Below, piece after piece: positions 31,077 to 38,454 of a DNA stretch of 48,086 bases. A program made the translations under genes and the position numbers. How positions within the stretch are numbered: the first letter of the stretch is position 1; every line of letters begins with the position of its first letter. This DNA comes from a virus: positions 1 through 48,086 of IMG/VR virus record IMGVR_UViG_3300037761_000162. The stretch is one strand, 5' to 3'. The notes under the pieces were generated by a model. The model did not search any database. It was not told the origin of the DNA and saw only the letters and a program-made list of their open reading frames with translations.

Positions 31077-31352
31077 GTGTTTTTCCGGCGTTTCAGGCGG
31101 CGTCAGCAACGACTTGACCAACAGATCATTGCTTGGGCGGCCTGGCTACGAGATAGCCTCAAGCGGGACGAGGAGCGCCGGGGCCTCGGCACCCTGCGTC
31201 ACGAGCTTGCCGGCGGGGGGGGGACCTGGGATGTACAGCGCTCGGGTACCAGCTTCGCCTCGAAGGACGATCCCCCACCCCCTCCCTGGCAACGGCCCCC
31301 GATGCGCAAGAGGCGCCTGCGGACGGTTCTGCCGCCCGACCTGACTCCGTAG
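31077..31352 (+). CDS. Arg-rich hypothetical protein (91 aa), tentative
   Basis: GTG at 31077 lies 4 nt after GGGAGG (31067-31072). The stop codon lies inside the tRNA-like sequence. Low-complexity composition. Confidence 0.3.
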   Translation: MFFRRFRRRQQRLDQQIIAWAAWLRDSLKRDEERRGLGTLRHELAGGGGTWDVQRSGTSFASKDDPPPPPWQRPPMRKRRLRTVLPPDLTP

Positions 31353-31414
31353 CTCAGGGGATAGAGCACCGCCCTCCGGAGGCGGGAGCGCAGGTTCGAA
31401 TCCTGTCGGGGGCG
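31343..31414 (+). tRNA. tRNA-Arg(CCG)-like sequence: phage tRNA or attP core derived from a host tRNA-Arg gene
   Basis: Manual cloverleaf. D arm GCTC-AGGGGATA-GAGC. Anticodon arm CCGCC-CTCCGGA-GGCGG (anticodon CCG). T arm GCAGG-TTCGAAT-CCTGT. Acceptor GACTCCG/CGGGGGC has one A-G mismatch and one G-U pair. No CCA. It lies 1.1 kb from int. Confidence 0.6.
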
Positions 31415-31720
31415 CGGGATCTGGTCTAAGCAGACGGCCACACGACGCCGGCCAGGATGTGTGGCGTACTGCGCCTGGTTTGGCCACCGGGTTACTAAGA
31501 CGCCTGCCGTGGAAGGCAGGAAATCCGGGTGGGAACCCCGGGTGACCGACAAACCGGGAAGGAACAGCGGTGGACAGCTAGGCAAGGCCCGTGCTAGCAT
31601 CCCTGCGTCGCCCGGTCTCAGCTCGAACTTGCTCGATCCCCGGGGGGCAAACGGGGGGACGGGTCCTGGGAGGCTTCGGCTCTATTGCAACACTGACAAC
31701 TGAATAGGCAGTCAACACGA

Positions 31721-31760
31721 CAAAGAAAGAGGGCTGGTTTTATCCGGCCCTCTTTCTTTG
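31721..31760. terminator. Bidirectional rho-independent terminator
   Basis: 17-bp stem CAAAGAAAGAGGGCTGG / CCGGCCCTCTTTCTTTG (one G-U pair) with loop TTTTAT. A GC core with TCTTTCTTT runs on both strands. Confidence 0.8.
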
Positions 31761-31783
31761 TGCTCAGTCTGACGCCCGATCGT

Positions 31784-32152
31784 CTACCCGGGGTTCTCCC
31801 CTGCCATGAGAAACAGGCGGTCCCCCGTGTGTGCCGCAAGCCATGCGTCAACCACCATCGGACGACCTGACTGGTATGGCGTGCAGTTCGGCAGCACCAT
31901 CGCGTACCCGATCTTGAGCCGTAGTCCGAAGTCCAAGATTGGCAACTGCATTCCGACCAGGTCTTCAATTGCGTCTACGGGTGGTGGGGTCCCTAACGGT
32001 CCCCTTATGCCGATGAAGGTGTGGTCGGCCGTTTTTTGGGCGCATGCCAGCGAGCCGGACAAGCAGCGTGTACACTGCATCGCGCAGGCAACCTCGATGC
32101 CCCGTAGGAGTCCTACAGCATACAAGTCAACTCTTTGGGCTGTCGTAGCCAT
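31784..32152 (-). CDS. hypothetical protein (122 aa)
   Basis: Ends 24 nt before the terminator. GGGAGTGG RBS. The start overlaps the upstream gene by 26 nt (alternative ATG at 32080). Confidence 0.4.
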   Translation of the reverse strand: MATTAQRVDLYAVGLLRGIEVACAMQCTRCLSGSLACAQKTADHTFIGIRGPLGTPPPVDAIEDLVGMQLPILDFGLRLKIGYAMVLPNCTPYQSGRPMVVDAWLAAHTGDRLFLMAGENPG

Positions 32153-32513
32153 CGGACATCCACTCCCGATATATGCCTAAAGTCAACGCGGTGTTATCTG
32201 GGCAATCCCCATCATGTTTATTAAGCGCACCCTCACCGTGCGCCCATTCCTTCATCAGCTCGATGTCGGCTGTGATTTCGTGGTGGCGGCGGAAATCGGG
32301 GTTGGTCACACACCGGTGGCCTACGGCTAGCAGGAACCAATAGCGGAATGGATCGCTGCCAAAGTTGTCCCCGCTATGGGGTCCACCGCCGAAGCTGTCG
32401 AACATCTTGAACAGAGTTGTAGCCGCCTCCGCGTAGTGCCCCTGAGCGGCGGCTTCAATCGCACGGGCCTGGCCCTCGCCGAACCGGGCAGCGAAGGTGT
32501 CACGGGCACTCAT
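32127..32513 (-). CDS. hypothetical protein (128 aa)
   Basis: ATG at 32513 after AGGAG. The upstream 102 codons of the track ORF look non-coding. Confidence 0.5.
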   Translation of the reverse strand: MSARDTFAARFGEGQARAIEAAAQGHYAEAATTLFKMFDSFGGGPHSGDNFGSDPFRYWFLLAVGHRCVTNPDFRRHHEITADIELMKEWAHGEGALNKHDGDCPDNTALTLGIYREWMSDGYDSPKS

Positions 32514-32825
32514 TTCGTGCTCCTGGCATGCCGGTGGCGGTAGCGACGATTGTGTGGTCGACGAGTCGTGCGGGCAAAACCGGCCACAAAGAGGCTTGCC
32601 GCCAAACCAGTCACTAGGCAGAGCGCGATGTAGGCTGCCGCCCCGAGGGCGAGCTGGACAAGCACCCCACACCCCCCTTACGCGGATTTTGCGACCCAGG
32701 ACAATGGTAGGCCGCTTTCCCGACGATTTTTGTGCGAGGGGTCGACCCCCCGTCAGACCGCATCTCATCCCATGCTGCAATGCGGGCCGCGAGCCCGCCA
32801 CCCGCGGCCCCCCCGCCATGCTTTG

Positions 32826-33014
32826 TCACTGCCACCCATCCCTTCCAATTCGTTCAATCTCGATAGCTGCATCACGTAGACCAACCATGAAGCGTGCCAG
32901 GGCTATGCATCCTACCATTACTCCAAGCTTGACCAGTGCATCCTCGGCAGATACAAAATCCGCTAAGGCGAACGTCGGAACCGTTATCAGCACCGCAAGC
33001 GTTGCAGCCTTCAT
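32826..33014 (-). CDS. small membrane protein (62 aa, two hydrophobic helices)
   Basis: ATG at 33014 in an ATGA overlap with the upstream stop. TM segments AATLAVLITVPTFALADFV and LGVMVGCIALARFMVGL. Confidence 0.5.
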   Translation of the reverse strand: MKAATLAVLITVPTFALADFVSAEDALVKLGVMVGCIALARFMVGLRDAAIEIERIGRDGWQ

Positions 33015-33394
33015 AGGCGTACCACTACTGATCCAGCAATAGCGATCATAACCAGCACAACTGACGATGTCAGATAAAGCTGCTTGACTGGGGACTGCCT
33101 TCCCCACAAGTCAAGGACCTGGTGAATAACCACTCTGTCACAGTTGATAAATGCGTCGTTAAGCGCCAATACCGAACAGAGGTCATCCGCGCTCAAACCA
33201 AAAGTGGGGACCGAGACAGTAACTTCGTGAGTGACATCCAGCTTTGCTGCGACTTGGGTTGTCCGAATTACCCGCGCGAGAGCGCCCATTGCTGTCGCAT
33301 GATCCTCGCGTGGCATGATCAGCACCCGACTGACCAACTCAGCCCTTTGGCCATCTAGCCAAAGGTCGATAAGCGCGTGTATGTCAACTGCCAT
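33011..33394 (-). CDS. hypothetical protein with C-terminal TM anchor (127 aa)
   Basis: C-terminal SSVVLVMIAIAGSVVV. Overlaps the upstream gene by 11 nt. Confidence 0.5.
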   Translation of the reverse strand: MAVDIHALIDLWLDGQRAELVSRVLIMPREDHATAMGALARVIRTTQVAAKLDVTHEVTVSVPTFGLSADDLCSVLALNDAFINCDRVVIHQVLDLWGRQSPVKQLYLTSSVVLVMIAIAGSVVVRL

Positions 33395-33713
33395 ATGGTA
33401 GCTCCCTCATCAGAGCGTCGAATTCTTGAAAGCGTCGTTCGGCTGGTATATTTCGACGCTCAGCAGCTTCGTACCCCACTTTGCGCCTCTTGGGAGTCTT
33501 ACGGGCCTTCGGTTTAACCGATGGCGGTGGCTTACGTATGCCGAGCAGTCTTCGGATTTGTGCCTCCATATTCTTTATTGCACGGCGGTCGGATGTTGAT
33601 ACGCTCATTATGAGCATCTGACCATGGTGCATTATGGCGAGGTGCTTACCTCGCGGCACTACGTTCCGCTCAAGGTCGTATCTAGCGAGCATTTGACGTA
33701 CTTCCTTGTTCAC
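33384..33713 (-). CDS. HicA/YcfA-like small protein with basic tail (109 aa), tentative
   Basis: KEVRQML..RGKHLAIMH..IMSVSTSDRRAIKNMEAQIRRLLGI resembles the HicA fold pattern by eye. Lys/Arg/Pro-rich C-terminal half. GTG at 33713 (GAAAGGGAAAA RBS) or ATG at 33692. Confidence 0.4.
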   Translation of the reverse strand: MNKEVRQMLARYDLERNVVPRGKHLAIMHHGQMLIMSVSTSDRRAIKNMEAQIRRLLGIRKPPPSVKPKARKTPKRRKVGYEAAERRNIPAERRFQEFDALMRELPYGS

Positions 33714-33867
33714 GGGGTTTTCCCTTTCGATGCTTGGCGGAAGCGGTAGCTTTGGCGACTACCTGACGATTCCGCACGGCAACCGGGTCAACGCGGTGCT
33801 GACAGTCACACCACGTGTCCCCCGGGCATTGGCCGTGCTCCCCAGCCCTGCATGGGTGGCAGATCAT
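33682..33867 (-). CDS. Cys/His-cluster (zinc-finger-like) small protein (61 aa)
   Basis: ATG at 33867 in an ATGA overlap. Motif CHPC-x7-C-x6-CDCQH. Basic tail. Confidence 0.45.
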   Translation of the reverse strand: MICHPCRAGEHGQCPGDTWCDCQHRVDPVAVRNRQVVAKATASAKHRKGKPREQGSTSNAR

Positions 33868-34022
33868 CTCGGCTCCTCCCACAGGACCCATCCGAGAGTC
33901 GTGGCGAACAGACCCAACACTAGGGCCGCTACCGCGACCACAAGCGCGACGCTGGCGAGAAGCCGAGCATGGGCGTCAACTGACTGGCGAGGGCGAGGCC
34001 GGGCATGCCGTGGAATTGTCAT
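33864..34022 (-). CDS. small single-pass membrane protein (52 aa)
   Basis: ATG at 34022 after AGGGGGG. Arg-rich N-terminus followed by LLASVALVVAVAALVLGLFATTLGWVLW. Confidence 0.45.
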   Translation of the reverse strand: MTIPRHARPRPRQSVDAHARLLASVALVVAVAALVLGLFATTLGWVLWEEPR

Positions 34023-34239
34023 AAACCCCCCTAACTGGCCATATGCGGACAAGCCTGGCTGAGGAAACGGCTGCGGAAACGTGAAGAGACCTCGTCAACA
34101 TAGCCCTGTGTAGTCACACGCGCCGGCACTAACGTGCGTGACCTACGTCACAATTTCCTCAAAGGTATTGCACCTGAGGAGTTGGGCTGTCACACTCGGT
34201 GATGGCTACGGAGACTCACAATCCCATTAGGAGGAGTCC

Positions 34240-34434
34240 GTGGCCAGATTGGTTCTTCCGCCGCATTTGTCCTACTCAGGACTAGTTGATTACCTCAAAT
34301 GTGGTAAATTCTACCAATTGTCCCGCGTCTTGGGGCTCGAACAGACTCCGGCCTGGTGGAACGTCGGCGGTCATGCCGTCCACCAGGCGACTGAGGCGTG
34401 GGACCGGCAGGTCTACGCGATCAGCGGCGGCTAA
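34240..34434 (+). CDS. Cas4/RecB-type PD-(D/E)XK exonuclease, N-terminal fragment (64 aa)
   Basis: GTG start with AGGAGGAG RBS. LSYSGLVDYLKCGKFY carries the first Fe-S cysteine. GGHAVHQATE motif. Stops at TAA 34432-34434. Confidence 0.7.
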   Translation: MARLVLPPHLSYSGLVDYLKCGKFYQLSRVLGLEQTPAWWNVGGHAVHQATEAWDRQVYAISGG

Positions 34435-34439
34435 GCGCC

Positions 34440-35171
34440 ATGCCCCCTCTCACTCTCGCCCCCGCGGTCACCCTGTTCCGGGACGCGTTCAACGCCGAGC
34501 TTGACGACCTGCTTAGCGGCGGCAACGTGACCAGGGCCGACTTCCGCGCGGCCGGACGGCGTGCCACTAAGGCCAACCCCAATCCCGCCGGCGAGGACGA
34601 GTCCTGGTGGCGCCGCGAAGGCCCCAAGATGACACAAGCCTGGATCGACTGGCGCAAGGCAAGCAAGTGGCGTATCTGGACAACACCGGACCAGCAGCCC
34701 GCGATCGAACTCGCTCTCATAACCGAGGTTGCCGCCATGCCCCTCAAAATGGTCATCGACCGCGTAATGGTCATCCCCGCCGCGTCTAACGCGCTCTGCA
34801 TCGTCGACCTCAAGAGCGGTTCTCGGACACCCGAATCCGATCTCCAGCTCGGCGTCTACCGTTTGGGTATTCTACGAACTTTTGGTTGCCAAATTGACTT
34901 CGGCGCCTACTGGATGGCACGGACCGGCAGACTAGGCGACATCGTCAACCTTAGCCGGTACACGGAGCCGGTACTGGAGAAGTGGTTTTCCGCCTACCGC
35001 CGGGCTGTCGAAAACGAGATATTCATTCCCCACCTGACTACATTATGCCGGGCCTGCGGTCTGAACCGGTATTGCCTGGCTTTTGGCGGGTCGCAGGCTC
35101 ACATGGACCCGGACAGTTCCGACCACAAGGAGGAGCAAGCGATATGCGCATTAACCGACGGGCCGCACTGA
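34440..35171 (+). CDS. Cas4/RecB-type PD-(D/E)XK exonuclease, C-terminal fragment (243 aa)
   Basis: Different frame, open from 34398. Motifs IDRVMV, IVDLKSG, QLGVYRL and CRACGLNRYC (C-x2-C-x5-C Fe-S cysteines). Confidence 0.75.
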   Translation: MPPLTLAPAVTLFRDAFNAELDDLLSGGNVTRADFRAAGRRATKANPNPAGEDESWWRREGPKMTQAWIDWRKASKWRIWTTPDQQPAIELALITEVAAMPLKMVIDRVMVIPAASNALCIVDLKSGSRTPESDLQLGVYRLGILRTFGCQIDFGAYWMARTGRLGDIVNLSRYTEPVLEKWFSAYRRAVENEIFIPHLTTLCRACGLNRYCLAFGGSQAHMDPDSSDHKEEQAICALTDGPH

Positions 35172-35497
35172 ACGCACTTAGGCAATGCGTTGACGAGCGA
35201 GGGGGCTTCTACGTCTACGAAAGTACCGTTTGCCGCAATTGGGAACGTGACACCGATCAGCCTGGCTGTATCGTCGGGTTGGCATTGTTCAAGCTTGGCG
35301 TACCACGCGCTTTTCTTAAGGACGAGAGTCACGAAACTATGTCAATCCGTGCGCTTGTCCCATACCTCAAAGGTACGGGTATCACTTTGAGCAAACCTGC
35401 GATACGGGCTTTCTGGATTGCCCAGATTTTGCAGGACCGGCGGGCGACCTGGGGCGATGCCGTGGTCGCCGCCCGTGTCGCCGCATCTGATTTGTAG
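35144..35497 (+). CDS. hypothetical protein (117 aa), paralogue of 35509..35892
   Basis: ATG at 35144 with AAGGAGGAG RBS. Shares ALRQCVDERGGFYVY..PGCIVGLALFKLGV with the next gene. Confidence 0.6.
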   Translation: MRINRRAALNALRQCVDERGGFYVYESTVCRNWERDTDQPGCIVGLALFKLGVPRAFLKDESHETMSIRALVPYLKGTGITLSKPAIRAFWIAQILQDRRATWGDAVVAARVAASDL

Positions 35498-35508
35498 AGG
35501 AAAGTGCC

Positions 35509-35892
35509 ATGATTGAAATTGGCTACGATGCGGCCGTGCAAGCCCTTCGCGAATGTGTCACCGAACGTGGGGAAAACTACGTCTACACCCCGTGTTCAAT
35601 ATGGGGATGCGTGTATTGGCATGATAAGACCAACGAGCCCGGCTGCTTGATCGGTCTTGCACTGTACAAGCTTGGTGTGTCCAGCAGCGTATTGCAGAAA
35701 TTAGGCAATCTCCACGTGCGTGACAGGGATAACACCAAAGCGTTCGCGGCAGCAGGCTTTGCGTTAACGAACAGTGCGACCGCAGTTTTCGCTCACGCCC
35801 AGAGCTTGCAAGACCACAGCATGCCGTGGGGCAGGGCAGTTGCAGAGACCATCACCTGGTTCGACACAGCTCACAAGGGAGAACGCGAATGA
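35509..35892 (+). CDS. hypothetical protein (127 aa), paralogue of 35144..35497
   Basis: Shares ALRECVTERGENYVY..PGCLIGLALYKLGV with the previous gene. Confidence 0.6.
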   Translation: MIEIGYDAAVQALRECVTERGENYVYTPCSIWGCVYWHDKTNEPGCLIGLALYKLGVSSSVLQKLGNLHVRDRDNTKAFAAAGFALTNSATAVFAHAQSLQDHSMPWGRAVAETITWFDTAHKGERE

Positions 35893-36293
35893 CCGACGAC
35901 TACGCCTACCAACTATCGACCAAGTTTGGCATCCATGACGAGAGCATGATCAACGTAAGGGCGGCTACAGCACATGAGTTCGATGCACGACTCCGATACG
36001 TCATTGACCAGGCCGGCCCTATTACGGTGGCTGCGGAGACAATTCGTGCTACAGCTTTGGAGGCTAAGTCTGCGGATTCCGGCAATTTCTACGTCCCGAC
36101 TCCCAACCCTCCAGCCTCGTCAACACCTGCAACGTATCCAACCTACCCCGCTCAGCCTGCCACTCCTGTCTGTGCGCATGGTCCGATGATCCACAAGAGC
36201 GGTGTCAGCAAACAAAACAAATCGTACAACGGTTACTTCTGCCCAGCACCTCAGGACCAACCTCGGTGCGCCCCCGTTTGGCCGAACTCATAG
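35889..36293 (+). CDS. hypothetical protein with C-terminal Cys cluster (134 aa)
   Basis: ATG at 35889 in an ATGA overlap. Pro/Thr-rich linker. CAHGP..FCPAPQDQPRC. Confidence 0.55.
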   Translation: MTDDYAYQLSTKFGIHDESMINVRAATAHEFDARLRYVIDQAGPITVAAETIRATALEAKSADSGNFYVPTPNPPASSTPATYPTYPAQPATPVCAHGPMIHKSGVSKQNKSYNGYFCPAPQDQPRCAPVWPNS

Positions 36294-36301
36294 GAGGAGA
36301 A

Positions 36302-36532
36302 ATGCCCACCGCAACAGGGATTGGCGACGCCGATCGTAAGCAGCTCATCAGTTCGATCGAGGTAGCGGTAGTCGCATACAAGAAGCTCATTACGGCCATC
36401 AAGCAAGACGACTACACCGAGTTTCTGGTACAGGTCATATCCGTGGAATTTGCCGCGGTGCGTCTCAACGCACACATGAAGAACGCGCTCAATGCAATCA
36501 AGGCAGCGCGTGTAAGCGACGGTGACCAGTGA
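36302..36532 (+). CDS. hypothetical helical protein (76 aa)
   Basis: ATG at 36302 after TAGGAGGAGA. Confidence 0.55.
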   Translation: MPTATGIGDADRKQLISSIEVAVVAYKKLITAIKQDDYTEFLVQVISVEFAAVRLNAHMKNALNAIKAARVSDGDQ

Positions 36533-37275
36533 GCTATCCGGCATTTACCAAGATTCCCCGGTGGAATCGCGAAACCGTCCTGACCGAGAAGCTTGACGGT
36601 ACTAACGGCCTGGTCGCTGTCTGCCCGCCGGATTCTAACTGGCACGAGATGATGTCCGTTCGTAGTTCAAGCCCGCCCCGGTTTCGCATCTTGACTGACG
36701 GCACTCAGGTAGCGGCTGGTTCCCGTAAACGTTGGCTGAACCCGCAGTCCGACAACTTCGAGTTTGCCCAATGGGTATGGGACCATGCGGAGGAGCTGGC
36801 GGCGCTTGGCAAGGGACTGCACTACGGAGAATGGTACGGCAAGGGCATCAACCGAGCCTACGGGCTCCCTGATCGCCGTTTCGCGCTGTTCAACGTAGCA
36901 CGGTGGGGGATGCCCGGGTGGACCCGGCCGGACTGCTGCGAGGTGGTCACCGCGTTGGCTTGGCCTAACGCAGCGCACCTAAACGACACGCTCCGCTTCT
37001 GGCTCGATTCGTTGGCTGAGTACGGCAGCGTCCACGTGTCCGGGTTTCGCCGCCCAGAAGGAATCGTCATCTACCACACAGCCGGGAACAACCTTTACAA
37101 GGTGACCTTTGAGGGGGATCAGGCGAAGACACTCGATGGTTACGTGGTACGAACCGCGGGCCGCCAAGTTGACATCGGCCTCGACCCCGAGGAACAAGCC
37201 CAAGAGAAGATACGCAACTGGTCATCGCCACCGGGCACACGCCAGTTCGTGACCCAGTTAGCGACGACGACCTAA
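36529..37275 (+). CDS. RNA-ligase-family nucleotidyltransferase (248 aa)
   Basis: Motif I EKLDGTN (KxDG lysine). HYGEWYG (motif III). FALFNV (IIIa). EGIVIYH (IV). LYKVT (V). GTG start in a GTGA overlap. Confidence 0.75.
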   Translation: MSYPAFTKIPRWNRETVLTEKLDGTNGLVAVCPPDSNWHEMMSVRSSSPPRFRILTDGTQVAAGSRKRWLNPQSDNFEFAQWVWDHAEELAALGKGLHYGEWYGKGINRAYGLPDRRFALFNVARWGMPGWTRPDCCEVVTALAWPNAAHLNDTLRFWLDSLAEYGSVHVSGFRRPEGIVIYHTAGNNLYKVTFEGDQAKTLDGYVVRTAGRQVDIGLDPEEQAQEKIRNWSSPPGTRQFVTQLATTT

Positions 37276-37276
37276 G

Positions 37277-38089
37277 ATGCCGGTGCCTCTGCTGCGTGCA
37301 GCCGGGGCCACGCAAGCTGGCCAACTGCCAGACCCGTTTCCGGGGTTAGCCCGCAGCCGCTACAGGGTGCATTTCAGACGAGGGCAACTGTGCATGCTGG
37401 CTGGCCCACCCGGGGCAGGCAAAACGATGATTGCGCTCATAGCCGTACTGAGGATGGGGGTACCAGCCTTGTACTTCAGCGCCGATAGTGACGAGTGGAC
37501 GATGGCGGCCCGTACGGCGGCTGCTATCACCCGACATCCTGTCCTCAGCATCGAGAAGACGATCCAACACGGCCTGTACAGTGACGAATACGGCCCCGCC
37601 GTGGCAAACCTACCCGCACGCTTCGTTTTCGAGCCCTCTGAGCCGTCAATGGAAGACCTGGCTCACACTCTCACTGCATGGCTGGAAGTCCATGGCACCC
37701 CGCCCCAAATCATCGTTGTCGACAACCTGATGAACCTGCAAGCCAGCAACGCTAACGAATGGGCTGGCATGCGCGAGGCCGTGAAGGACCTGCACTGGCT
37801 AGCTCGCACGTCGAAAGCATGCGTCCTGGTGCTGCACCATACATCGGAGCAGGATAGCTCGCATGTCACGGCTGCCCCACCGAGGCGGGCAATCCAGGGC
37901 AAGGTGGCGCAGTTGCCGGCGCTAATCCTTACCTGCGCCTTCAACTCGCTGACTGGGGAAATGTGGATAGCTGTGGTTAAGAACCGGCACGGCATGTCTG
38001 ATCCCCACGCCCAGGAACCTCTTCGGTGGGCGGCGGATTTCACTTGCTGCCAAATCTTCGACACTCCTTTACCGAGAGGAAACGTGTGA
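37277..38089 (+). CDS. RecA-fold P-loop ATPase (DnaB C-terminal-like / AAA_25-like) (270 aa)
   Basis: Walker A GPPGAGKT. Walker B IIVVDNLMNL. Helicase versus recombinase mediator cannot be decided by eye. Confidence 0.7.
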   Translation: MPVPLLRAAGATQAGQLPDPFPGLARSRYRVHFRRGQLCMLAGPPGAGKTMIALIAVLRMGVPALYFSADSDEWTMAARTAAAITRHPVLSIEKTIQHGLYSDEYGPAVANLPARFVFEPSEPSMEDLAHTLTAWLEVHGTPPQIIVVDNLMNLQASNANEWAGMREAVKDLHWLARTSKACVLVLHHTSEQDSSHVTAAPPRRAIQGKVAQLPALILTCAFNSLTGEMWIAVVKNRHGMSDPHAQEPLRWAADFTCCQIFDTPLPRGNV

Positions 38090-38454
38090 TGCATACCGCC
38101 AAGCATACCTGGCACGAACGGTTCTACCTGTACCGGCAAACCGACAAGACCGGATACTCAGGCACCGGTGTTGTCGCTGAGGGGATTCGATTCGAGGACG
38201 GCGTGTGTGTAGTCCACTGGTGTGTTCCGAATAAGCCGCGGTCGATTGTCATTCACGAGTCGATTGTGGATGTGATGTCGGTTCACGGGCATGACGGGGC
38301 GACCACTGTGATGTGGCTGGACACCACAGAAGAAGTCCCGGACGTAGGCACTGCTTGCGAAGGTCCCTCATGTGACCATAACCTCAAGCTCAACGTGTGT
38401 CAGGTTGATGAGACCTGTGGCGAGGAAGACTCGCCGGCCGAAACGGATGCATGA
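38089..38454 (+). CDS. hypothetical protein (121 aa)
   Basis: ATG at 38089 shares 1 nt with the upstream TGA. Confidence 0.55.
   Translation: MHTAKHTWHERFYLYRQTDKTGYSGTGVVAEGIRFEDGVCVVHWCVPNKPRSIVIHESIVDVMSVHGHDGATTVMWLDTTEEVPDVGTACEGPSCDHNLKLNVCQVDETCGEEDSPAETDA

Noticed and set aside
31146-31600. Minus-strand ORFs of 113 and 133 aa
   Set aside because: They run antisense through the tRNA-Arg-like sequence and are Pro/Arg/Gly-rich. The cloverleaf explains the region better.
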